Shown in pieces: positions 13,979 to 25,750 of a DNA stretch of 64,000 nt. Position 1 is the first letter of the stretch, and each line of letters starts with the position of its first letter. This DNA comes from the human T2T-CHM13v2.0 reference genome, Homo sapiens. Position numbers and translations under genes: made by a program. The stretch lies in NCBI RefSeq assembly GCF_009914755.1, contig NC_060933.1, one strand, 5' to 3'. The notes beneath the pieces are model-generated. The model saw only the letters and a list, made by a program, of their open reading frames with translations, ran no database searches and was not told where the DNA came from.

Positions 13979-14075
13979 AAGAAAAAAAGGGAAAAGGAGA
14001 AGAAAAAAGAAGAGAAGGAAGGGGAATAGGGAGGAGGAGAGGAGGAAGAGAGGAAGAGGATGAGGAAGAGGAAAA
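13979..14075 (+). repeat. Polypurine (GA-rich) low-complexity tract
   Basis: ~97 nt almost purely A/G. Confidence 0.9.
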
Positions 14076-14569
14076 TGATGGCAGTGGTAAAGATCAATTA
14101 CGTTTTAAAAAATTCTAGAGGGTTCCGTGACATCAGAACAGATTCAGACCAATGGCACACACAACTTATAGCTCAATTATACTATATTTTACTTGATTAC
14201 ATTGTATTTAAAATACTAAATTATCAACTAAGGAAGCATGTATGTCATGATTTGTGGATTTAGGTCATCATTTGGTTACTTTATTCTTGATTCTTGTGTT
14301 GTACATTGCAAGAATTTGTTGTGGAGACAGATGGGGGTAACTGTTCTCTCTTCAAAGGGCTGTGACTAAAAGGCTCTCACTCTTTGTGCTGGCAGCCTCT
14401 CCAAACCCAGAATAAACAGGGAGGTTACCAAAGGTATCTGAAACCGTATTAACATTGGTATGTTCCCAACTTTGATATGTTCCCAACTATGCACAGTGTA
14501 TTTTTTAAAAGGGACTCTTGGATGAATTTCTAGCTTCTCCAAAAAAATGAAAACAACTAAACTTTACAT

Positions 14570-14765
14570 TAAGTTATGTAAGTCTCAGAGACTGTGCTAA
14601 ATTCTTCAAATACATTATTTTATTTAATCCTCAAAACAACCATCTGAGGTGGATATTATTTCCATCTCCATTTAATGGGTGAAGATATTAGGCACTAAGC
14701 AGTAAATTAATTTTCCTAAGACTAGAATGTGTACAAAGCTATAATTTGAACCAAAGTAGTCTGAT
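14570..14765 (-). mobile_element. MIR
   Basis: atttaatcctcaaaacaaccatctgaggtggatattatttccatctccattt. Confidence 0.75.
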
Positions 14766-15624
14766 TTTCCAGAACTTTGCTCTTCCTCTTTGCCTAAGAA
14801 TTCAAAATTAGAGTGCTCTTCTGACAACAATTATTTACATCTGGAACATTAAGAACTATGAGGCTTACCAGGACCTCCTTTTAACCCATGGATATGACAA
14901 AGCTTGCTTACCCTAGAGATTTAATTGTAGATCTCTGTGCTAGTTATTTATTTGCCTTACTTCCTCCATTTCTCTTGTTCTTTTTTTCTCATTAAGCATT
15001 TGTATTATCTTGCTATATTTTATGCATTCTCTGTTAGCTGTCTTACATCCCTTCTGTAATAAGTAAATACGTATATAAATGCATCCTAAAACAGTCATCT
15101 CAGAAAGAGAAACATGGGCAGTGACAAATAAGTGATAAAATCCAAAATTACAGAAAATTACTTCATTATGTTTCCATTACTGTATAATTAAAAATATCTT
15201 GTCTGTTTTTAGAAAGGTTGCAAAATTATCACCACAATTAAGGATGAGCTAAGGATCTAAGATCCTTGAACTATGAATGAAGGCTTTATATCAATATAAA
15301 TAAATGAATCCACCACTTAGTAGAGCCAATGAGGCCACTGGAATCAGCCCTGACAAAGCAAACACCTCCAGAGAAAATTTTGAGTGCTTCATCATGTACA
15401 TCACATCTTAAAAGGAAAATAAATGGTTCACCAAGTCTACAGTACAGTGAAAGCATTTAGGATTATTAATCTGTTCCTCTCATGCTATATTCAAATGGCC
15501 TTCCACATCTCACTTCCTATCTCATAACGGATCTCTATCTCACATAATGAGTACACATAATTTCCTTTCTCTCCTCTTTAACCAAATAATTTAACCATTA
15601 ATCTGGAATTCAGGTTTTAAAATG

Positions 15625-15750
15625 CCCTTAGATCATGTAGTATAACACCTCTATTTTTCTAAAGAAGGGACTGAGTCTCAGGGTGGTTAAACCATTTCTG
15701 AGATCACACTGCGAGTTAGACTCAGTACTGGCACTAGACTCCAGTCACCT
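15625..15750 (-). mobile_element. MIR fragment
   Basis: gaagggactgagtctcagggtggttaaacc...gagatcacac. Confidence 0.6.
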
Positions 15751-17150
15751 TAACTTTAATTCTTTGATATTTCTAATATGGACATACTGCATATTTCCCA
15801 GAAAAAAAGCTTTGACTCTTATGGCTCTTCTGGTATTTTACCAAATATGAATAAACTCCACAGCATTTAGCAAACTTTCAGTGCAATCAATTAATAGTTC
15901 ACATATTCAAAACTGCATCTTCCTAGGTTAAATGTGGAAGAACCAAAATTGTCTAGAAAATTCCTTCTACATATTTGAAATTCCATCTCACATGAAAGAG
16001 TTGAGAATCGGAGTGGAGTAATGAAAGTCTCAAAAGAAATGAGCCACTCAGATGCTTGAATTGTCAGTCATATGGCTATCCTTTACCTCTTTTAAGGTTT
16101 CTAACTCACTGAGACAAGTTCACTGTGACAAGGTGGAAAAGTTTAGGGTGGGTGGTTTGTTCCATAGAAAAACAATTGTTTTATTTTCTTAAATTTATTT
16201 AATTTATAGAAGAAAAAAGATATTTAAAGAGGATCTATTTGACTCTTGTATCAAATTAATAGTACTGTCATTAGAAGGCTTTCAAAATGAAATCTTATTG
16301 ACATTTGTTTTCTGTGAATGAATAGAGCTAGCAAACTGGGATGAGGATTAAATATAGAATGAATATAGGTGTTTAAATTGGTCAAAATTTTGTCCGTTTG
16401 TTTTTTAATGAAAACTAAACCAAATATTTTAGGATTTTTTTTAATCAACAGAAAAGATACTAAGGTTTAGATTTTACAAGGACATATGAAAGACCAAGAG
16501 AATATTTTTAAATTTATAATTTGATGGGATAAAGATATCAAGTTACAGGAGGGATTTGCTGCCAGAAATAGCTAAGTTGGCTGAGAGCTGGAACAAAACT
16601 GCTATACAAGAACTCAATATGACATAATGCTTTTGCTTTATTTGATTTTCAGTATGTTCACTGTAATTTTGTTTTAAATATACAATTCCTTTGTGATTAA
16701 ACAGTGTTGATTTTCTGGTCCAGTAAAAGCAGATGCTTTTATTAGTCATAATTTGAAAGCTTTGAATCTCCGCAAACAGTAAGCACATCATGAGGATTTC
16801 TGAATAGAAGGTCAGCTCTGTGTAGAGCTTAATGAGAGAAAGCACATCGAAGGAAGTACAGCTGCTACTGTTATTTCAATGCACCATGTTTTAAGTAAGT
16901 AAGCAGACATCCCTAACTCACTGAGGGAGGGTACCAAGTAGATGGAGAGAAAATGAAGCTGTAAGAGTCAACTACAATTTGTGTCTTTCAAATCTAAATA
17001 TAAAGAGACAATCCTAGTTTTTTTGCATTTAGGTGTGAAAGTGAGAAGCTTTTGTTTGAATTATTATATCCTTACTATATGACCCATACTGGTCTTACAG
17101 CCTATGTTTTGTATTTGACTTATAAGTAATTTTATTGTATAAATATATGC

Positions 17151-17383
17151 TTTTTTTTTTCTTCAACTTTTAAGTTCAGGAGTACATGTGCAGGATGTGC
17201 ATGTTTGTTACATAGGTAAATGTGTGCCATGGTGGTTTGCTACACAGATCATCCCATCACCTAGGTATTAAGCCCAGCATCCATTAGCCATTCTTCCTGA
17301 TGTGCTCCCTTCCATACCCACCCCACAACAGGCCCCAGTGTGTGTTGGTCTTCTCTTGTGTCCATGTGTTCTCATCATTCAGC
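17151..17383 (-). mobile_element. L1PA (PA8-PA11-like) 3' end, heavily 5'-truncated
   Basis: poly-T then ttttaagttcaggagtacatgtgcaggatgtgc...cacagatcatcccatcacctaggtattaagcccagc. Confidence 0.93.
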
Positions 17384-17558
17384 ATTTTATTGTATCAGGT
17401 ATTATAAGTAATCTAGTGATTATTTAAAATATACAAAAAGATGTGAAGAGTTTATATGATGACACTATGCCATTGTACATAAGGGACTTGAGCATCTGCA
17501 GATTTTGGTATCTGTGGGGTCCTGGAACCAATGCCCCATCAATACCAAGGAAAACCTG
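17381..17558. mobile_element. Tigger3/MER7 terminal fragment (TcMar-Tigger)
   Basis: ttataagtaatctag...taagggacttgagcatctgcagattttggtatc...gtcctggaaccaat. Confidence 0.8.
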
Positions 17559-17988
17559 TTTTTAGCTCATTGTCGATAAGTATAAGGCTGAGAAAATCTG
17601 GAAATTCCCAAATCCAATGAAAGTTACCAAAGTTTCTGAGTAAAAACAGGACTTAAATGTAATTCTGGCTAAGAAAGCAAAATCTAGTTCACTGTATAAA
17701 AACCATATTAATGTAGACTGTTAACAAAGGGGAGATGGAATGTGTGAAGTGTAGAACTAAGTGGGGAGTATCAGAGGAAATATATACTAATGTTCTTTAG
17801 CATTATCTATATAATAGAAGAACTGGAATATTCTGATCTTTAAATACCTGAGGCCTGCTATGAGACAGAAAAAAGTCCACTAAGTTTCTGTTTTTTTATT
17901 CACTTGCTTCATGAGCCATGAAAGGAGCCCCTTGAGAATTTTTCTGATTTTTTTTCACTAAGCAATCTTCTGTTCATTGAGATCTTAC

Positions 17989-19097
17989 ACCCAGGCAATA
18001 CCATTCAGGACATAGGCATGGGTAAAGACTTCATGACTAAAATACCAAAAGCAATGGCAACAAAAGCCAAAATTGACAAATGGGATCTAATTTAACTAAA
18101 GAGCTTCTTCACAACAAAAGAAACTACCATCAGAGTGAACAGGCAACCTACAGAATGGGTAAAAATTTTTGCAATCTATCCATCTGACAAAGGGCTAATA
18201 TCCAGGATCTACAAAGAACTTAAACAAATTTACAAGAAAAAAAACAAACAACCCCATCAAAAAGTGGGCAAAGGATATAAACAGACACTTCTCAAAAGAA
18301 GACATTTATGTAGCCAACAAACATATGAGAAAAAGCTTGTCATCATTGGTCATTAGAGAAATGGAAATCAAAACCATAATGAGATACCATTCTCTTGCCA
18401 GTTAGAATGAAATCATTAAAAAGTCCGGAAACAACAGATGCTAGAGAGGAAGTGGAGAAATAGGAACGTTTTTACACTGTTGGTGGGAGTGTAAATTAGT
18501 TCCACCACCGTGAAAGACAATGTGGTGATTCCTCAAGGATCTAGAACCAGAAATACCACTTGACCCAGCAATCTCATTACTGTTTATATACCCAAAGGAT
18601 TATATATCATGCTACCATAAAGACACATGCACACGTATGTTTATTGCGGCACTGTTCACAATAGAAAAGACTTGGAAACACCCCAAATGCCCATCAATGA
18701 TAGACTGGATAAAGAAAATGTGGCACATATACACCATGGAATACTATGCAGCCATAAAAAAGGATGAGTTCATATCCTTTGCAGGGACATGGATGAAGCT
18801 GGAAACCATCATTCTGGTTCCCAAACTAACACAGGAACATAAAACCAAACACTGCATGTTCTCACTCATAAGTGGAAGTTGAACAATAAGAACTTATGGA
18901 CATAGGGAGGGGAACATCATATACTGGGGCCTGTCAGCGGGTGGGGGGCTATTGGGAGGGACAGCATTAAGAGAAATACCAGGGTAGATGATGGGTTGAT
19001 GGGTGCAGCAAACTAACATGGCACGTGTATACCTAAGTAACAAACCTGCACGTTCTGCACATGTATCCCAGAACTTGAAGTATAATAATAAAAAAAA
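17989..19097 (+). mobile_element. L1PA7/8-like, 5'-truncated (ORF2 C-terminus, 3'UTR, A tail)
   Basis: ggcaataccattcaggacataggcatggg...; ORF 18637-18882 is the ORF2 C-terminus ([20 protein letters not shown]); ends cccagaacttgaagtataataataaaaaaa. Confidence 0.96.
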
Positions 19098-19539
19098 TTA
19101 TAAACTGGTTGAGGCTTCAAAACGATCTGAAACATACAGGCAACCTCTGACTTTAATTCTTAGCACTGAATAAGCAATGTCACTTTGAGAGAAAAGATTG
19201 TAAGAACAACTGAAGATTCTTATTGTTCAGAGCCTATGCAACAGCCATCACCACTCACACCTTCTCCTCTGCTTATGAAACTCTGATCCATTCATGTAAG
19301 CAGGCACAAATCCCTCAAACTCTGGGAAAATATGTGTGCCTGCTGATACCAGTAGATTAATCAGTATTAGTCTAAACCAACCATGATAATACCAGTCCCC
19401 TTTTCCATGTATTTTCCCACCCTCTCTTCATAATATGCATGGCCATGAAACATAGGTTCCAGGATGAAAGAAGAGTAAGTTCTGCTGGGGAAATTTTGAA
19501 ATAGATTATTGTTCCAGGTCAATACACACAACTTTGTGA

Positions 19540-19830
19540 AAAGAAAAGCATTTCCCGTAGCCATTTCTTTTTAGCTTAAAATATTGAGATAAAGAAGTGA
19601 TGCCTGGAGGTGTAACAGCTATCTTGTCACAATGTGGCAATAAAGCAGAAGAATGAAAAGCCAACACTCTGGGCATTTTGAAACATAAGGATGGAAACCC
19701 TGAATACTTGACATCAATGAACCTCTAAAATAAATCTGGACGTACATATCTGTGGATTTCTGAACATATTAAATATTCTTTTAAACCAAAGCATTTGGTG
19801 GAATTTTAGTTATTTGCAGTCAAATTTATC
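19540..19830. mobile_element. Old class III LTR fragment (LTR33/MLT1-like)
   Basis: gtgatgcctggaggtgtaacagctatcttgtcac...gaaaagccaacac. Confidence 0.4.
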
Positions 19831-20138
19831 TCAACACTCATTTTCAAGCAAAGAACTGGAGGAAATGTAGATAATAGACAAGTATTATTTGGACATTGAA
19901 TTTGATAAAGGCACATAAAACTTTTGACTAGTCTTTTATTCTTGCGCTGTGTATTTAAATTTGTTTCATTTCAAATGACACAATGTTCTTAGCCAAAGAA
20001 GAAAAACATCTCAAAGACTGGGAACTCATAAAATACATGAAAAAATTTTACATTTAAACTAAAAAGAATTACTGCAAATGATGAATCTCTCTAAAGACAT
20101 CGTTTTGTTAGCACAAAGACTTGACTCTGGTTAACATA

Positions 20139-20756
20139 TGTATTAGGGTTCCATAGAGGGACACAACTAATAGGAGAATATATATATATTAGAGCAATGC
20201 CTCACATGAAATTCTAGGAAATCCACATTGGACTCTCTAACTTAATAACATCAGAATCTTTTTACTTGGAAATCTAATAATCACATTATATAGATACTTC
20301 TATATATATATATATATACACACACACACATATATCTCATCTCATATATATATGTATGAGAGAGGAAGAGAGGGAGGAGTTTATTAAGTCTTAACTTACA
20401 CAATCACAAGGTCTCACAATAGGCTGTCTGCAAGCTTGAGGAGCAAGGAGAGCCAGTCCAAAGTCTCAAGACTGAAGAACTTGGAGTCCAATGTTCGAGG
20501 GCAGGAAGCATCCAGCATGGGAGAAAGATGTAGGCTGGGAGGCTAGGCCAGACTTGCCTTTTCATGTTTTTCTGACTGCTTTATATTCATTGGCAGCTGA
20601 TTAGCTTGTGCCCACCAGATTAAGGGTGGGTCTGCCTTCCCCAGCGCACTGACTAAAATGTTAATCTCCTTTGGCAACACCCTCACTGACACACCTAGGA
20701 TCAACACTTTTCCTCCTTCAATCCAATCAATTTGACACTCAGTATTAACCATCACA
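20139..20756 (-). mobile_element. MLT2A (HERV-L) solo LTR with internal (TA)n/(CA)n and a foreign insert
   Basis: gaagaacttggagtccaatgttcgagggcaggaagcatccagcatgggagaaagatg; ends cttcaatccaatcaatttgacactcagtattaaccatcaca. Confidence 0.95.
20189..20299 (+). repeat. Local dispersed duplication, copy 1 (inserted in TA microsatellite)
   Basis: ttagagcaatgcctcacatgaaattctaggaaatccacattg...tcacattatatagatactt matches 22539-22646 with 2 substitutions and one 3-bp indel. Confidence 0.97.
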
Positions 20757-21122
20757 CTATAAATAGATATTTTAATCTCAGATCTTGAATCTGGATCCCT
20801 GTTTTCCTGTATAAGGACAGTGGAGGAGAGACTAATAATTTTAGTCTAACTACCTTAACAAATCTATGGTGTTAATTTTTTAGACCTTCATTTTGTTTGT
20901 TTCAAACTGGACCTTGGTCACACTTTTCAAACTCTCTTTCCCCATCTAAAAAGTAATTCAAAAGCATAATAGTATTACTTCTAAAAGTAAACTGGATTTA
21001 TTCGGAAGGTAATTATTTCTTTTTGTTAGCCAAATAATATATTAGTGCTTTCATATAGATAAAAAAAAATGTACTATAAACAAAGTCAAAATTTCTGCTC
21101 GTGTTTTTACCAGGGGTTACCT

Positions 21123-21174
21123 CTATTCTAAGTTTGTAATTCTTCTAGCTATTGTAAGTTTGTAATTCTTCTAG
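21123..21174 (+). repeat. 26-bp tandem duplication
   Basis: ctatt(c/g)taagtttgtaattcttctag x2. Confidence 0.9.
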
Positions 21175-21376
21175 ATTTTTCACATTTATTTGCTTACCAA
21201 TGGCTTTACCTACAGAATAAATTTATGCATACATTTATATAAATACATACAGTTTTTTTGTATTTTCTACTTACATAAAGTATGTATACTATATGCATCA
21301 TTCATTTTTCCAATCAATGTCTCTTTAATTATTCCATAGAATTTCATAGTGTGTACATACGATAGTTTAATTATAA

Positions 21377-21707
<331 letters not shown>

Positions 21708-21716
21708 TAGGATTTT

Positions 21717-22300
21717 CTTGATATTTTGCTTTATAAATAATACTGCAGTTAATGTCCGTGTATATGCAACAAGTATAAGTGAATCTCAAGATAGACATGA
21801 AAAAGTGGAATACTTGAGTATAAATACTTTAAATTTTAGTGGAGTTTGCCTGTTGAAATGACAAGTCTAAACTTTATTCCCATAAAGAAAGTTTGTGAGA
21901 ATTATCTACTGCCCAATTACTTGATACTATCAGATTTTTCTATTTCTAATAAGCTGATATATAAAAGTAAACATCTCAGGGTTATTTTAATTTACAGTTT
22001 TCAGTATGCAAGTGAGGCTTAGCATCTCTTCATATATTTAATGGCTGCTTACATTTTCCCTTAAGAGAAAAAAAGTTATATGTTTAATTTCCTACTGAGT
22101 TTTAATTTTTTTTTACTATTTTGGAGCTCTTTATGAACCCTGAATGTTAATCCTATGTCTTTAATAAATAATTATTTTTATCAAAAATATTTTATCCAAA
22201 TAGTCTTTTAATTTTTTTAATGTCTCTTATAATACATTTTAATATAGTCAACTTATCAATGTTTCCCTTTATTACTTTTGTTTTTCATACTATTTATGCA
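21717..22300 (-). mobile_element. Old L1ME fragment hosting the Alu
   Basis: ttttgctttataaataatactgcag, gtgaggcttagcatctcttcatatatttaatggc, gagctctttat. Confidence 0.6.
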
Positions 22301-22538
22301 TGCTTTCAGAGTATACGTGTGTGCATATACATAATATTAATAGAGACATATGGTATTTATAGAAATTACATTTGGAGAACAAATGCAATTAGATTTTTAC
22401 TTTGGTCACACATAATAAAATAAATTTCAGCTAGATTTAAAACATAAAAGTAATATAGATAATGTTAGAATGAGACTGCAACTGTATATAATATGCATCA
22501 GCCACATACAGGCAGCACAATGTTAAACTGGCTTAGGT

Positions 22539-22646
22539 TTAGAGCAATGCCTCACATGAAATTCTAGGAAATCCACATTGGGCTCTCTAACATAACATCA
22601 GAATCTTTTTACTTGGAAATCTAATAATCACATTATACAGATACTT
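22539..22646 (+). repeat. Local dispersed duplication, copy 2 (probable donor, in unique sequence)
   Basis: Near-identical to 20189-20299. Confidence 0.97.
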
Positions 22647-23806
22647 TAGGCCTAATGTATTTTACCCTTGCTGAAATAAACATAACTACAAAGCATAATA
22701 CTTTATGCCCATATTTCTGTGAACATAAGCTTGCTTTCACAAAAATCATATACCACCGAGAAAAATAAAATTTTTAATAAAACAATTTTGTCAAAAAATG
22801 TCTAGGAGTCAGGAAATAGAATACTAATAGATTTTTTTAAAAGTGGAAGGAAAGAGTTGGCTTTGTGCCATGTTAAATGACTGTAACTTCTCCACACTGC
22901 AATTTATTTAATTGTTGGTACCAGCTTCCCAGAATGAGGTGAACAGAGTGGATGTGTTCCTGGAGCATAGAAACTAGACTAGGTTAAAAATGTTGTGACA
23001 TTTTTTTAAATGACTTTGTATCTTGTAAAAGACATTAATTTTCAAAAGGGTGATTATGGTTTGCCTTTTTGTACCATTATGTCTAATCTGTTTTATGTTC
23101 CAGCAGTGAAAATTATTTTCCTCCTCCAATTTATATCACAAACACAAATGAATATTCGAGTAAAAAACTTCATTGGTTTAATGTGACCATCCTCTGCATC
23201 AGCATAAAAGTATACACTTTATTCTAAATTATTAGCAGAAATAATGACTGGTCTTTAAATCACTGCAATTCATTCAACTCCAAAAAGAAAGATTCTTGGA
23301 AATAAAGTATAATTCTCATTCCAGGAGGGTAAGACAGTGAATGTACCTGAAAGAAACCAAAGCAATAGTAGTAATACCTAAAAACAAATGACTCAATGTG
23401 TCCTTAGCCTTAGTTAACAATTTCTCATTAGGAAGAGGCAGAAAACATGGATAGCTAGAAAAACTTAAGCAATTCTGTCTGACAAAATGAGATCTGAAAA
23501 ATTCTTTTTCAGATATTAAAACAATTATACCAGTGTTTATTTATTTTCATAAATAAGAAGATTGAAACCCAGTATTGTGAGGGAACTTATAGAACCAGGG
23601 AAGTCGAGATTTGAAGAGGTTATTGATGCTTTACATTGCTTCTAGTAGCTAGATAACATAATGAGTGTATAAAACTTTGATAAACATCAAGTTATTATGA
23701 TTATCTTAGATCAACCATAAATTATCAGAGAGAAGTTTTAACATCTTCACCGGTCTAGAGTACATGGTCTCTTCTTTGGGGAGTAAAACTAAGAACCTAA
23801 GCCAAA

Positions 23807-24145
23807 TGGTATAACTTAAATGTATTCCCCGAAGTTCATGTGTTGGAAATTTAATTCCCAGTGCAACAATGTTGAGAGCTGGGGCCTAATGGGAGGTATT
23901 TAGTTAATAAGGGCTCCAACCTCATGAATGAATTAATGCCAATTATAAGTGGGCTTGAAGCTGTGAGTTTGCTTTTTTCTAACCTTCTCTTTGGCCTTCT
24001 GTCATTGGATGATGCAGCAAGAAGACCCTTGCCAGATATTAATCCCATGATCTTGGACTTTCCAGCCTCCAGAACCATACAAAATACATCTCTGTTCTTT
24101 ATAAATTACTCAGTCTTTTATAGCAGCATAAAACAGACTGAGACA
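23807..24145 (+). mobile_element. MST-family MaLR solo LTR
   Basis: gttcatgtgttggaaatttaattcccagtgcaacaatgttgaga...tcttggactttccagcctccagaacc...aacagactgagaca. Confidence 0.9.
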
Positions 24146-25089
24146 CCCAGATAACTCTGCCTACACCCTGAAAACCAAGAGGAAGGTGCATCACTCTGAA
24201 ACTGAGCTAGGATTCATGGTGGGAGGTTACACTGTCACGACAACTAAGAAATTCTAACAGTAAAGAAAACATAGCCGAGTCTGTATGAACCTGTGCTCTA
24301 CCAAATCACAAAATAAGCACAGAAATCAGTCCAGGGTTTGGCCTGTGTGAAGAGAATGCCCTATTTTTTCTGCCTGCTGAATACAAGTTCTCATGGTTTG
24401 TTGGCTGTTTGTACAGATTTGTTCAATGGAACACATGCAATTTAAGCTAATAGAGGAATGAATGTAGAGCATGATGGTGGCTCATCGTTTGCCTTCACTT
24501 TAGGGGTGCAGGGAGAAGATGAGGCTGCAGCATGTATCATTGTGATAGTGACAGAGCATACGTGGAGAACTGAAGCTGTCTTGACAAAAGTGAAGTTGGC
24601 TTGTATGAAACACAGTAACGCGACTAATGTCTTAGGCCTTTTAATACGCCCACATTGCATACTGCTGTTCACATTGTACATATTGCCTGTTTGTTAAATG
24701 ATTGACTATTTAAGCCACAGATGTCTGAAATTGATAAAATGTACAAAAAAGGTTGTATTTAGTGAACACATAACTTAGTAGTGAACATATAATATAACTT
24801 AAGAAATCTTAGCTATTATTGCGAATAAATAAGGTTGGCATAAGAGTTTAAGTCACAGTAAGATAAATCACCAAAAAGGTAAAGTTTTACCTTTATCTGT
24901 AAAGGGGAGGCAAACTTTGATATATTCAATATTTAAAGGAAATGAGACTTTACATCTGAAGAGACAGAAATATCTTTCAATTGTTTCCCCACTCAAGGTA
25001 TTATAACTTCTTGAGAAAAAAAATGGAACTGCTTTAAATATCTATCTATCTATACATATTTATGCTATTTTTTCTACATACCTGAAGGT

Positions 25090-25750
25090 ATTATGAAAAA
25101 ATTAATGATAGTACTAAAGTAGCAACTTCTGATAAGAGCTATAGAGAAATAAAAGGGTCTCAAGATAGAAAGTTATGGTGAGAAGCAAAGTCTGAAATGA
25201 GATACGGTCTAGTCACATATAAAGGTGGTGGATGGTAAGGAAGTGGGGACAGTGACAAGTATATATAGGGATTTCCAGATATAGGGAAGTTCTACACAGG
25301 CAATGACTGGGTGTGCTCTAACAGCTGAACATCTTGTGGCTAGAGTACATTGGGAGTGGGTGAGAGAGGTATATGAGAATGAAAGACAACAGGAAACAAT
25401 ATCTATAGGAGAGCAAAATGACCTGATTTATAATTTAGAAAAATCAAACCATATTCTACTTGAAGAATGAAAAGGGAGACAAAAATCAATGAGGTCCTGG
25501 AGGTTTCTGGTTTGACTGGAACGGTATGACAGAGACTGAGATACAAAATGGGATGAAAAGGAGAGTTGAAAAGAAGATACGGGTTAAGGTTGAGCTATAT
25601 TGCATGTGATGCCTTCTATGCAGACTGTGGTATGAGGTCCAATAGGCAGCTGAAACTATTGATTTTAAGCTCTGATAGTTGGAGATGGGAGCTTATATGC
25701 ATACGAGGTCATTGAAGTTATGGGAAAGTTAATATAGAAAAAGGAAGAGA
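25090..25750 (-). mobile_element. L2 fragment
   Basis: Purine-rich, gtccaataggcagctg, gaggtcattgaagttatggg L2-like motifs. Confidence 0.55.

Noticed and set aside
18135-18882. ORFs with clear protein homology
   Set aside because: Frameshifted L1 ORF2 C-terminal remnants of a 5'-truncated element; cannot encode a functional protein
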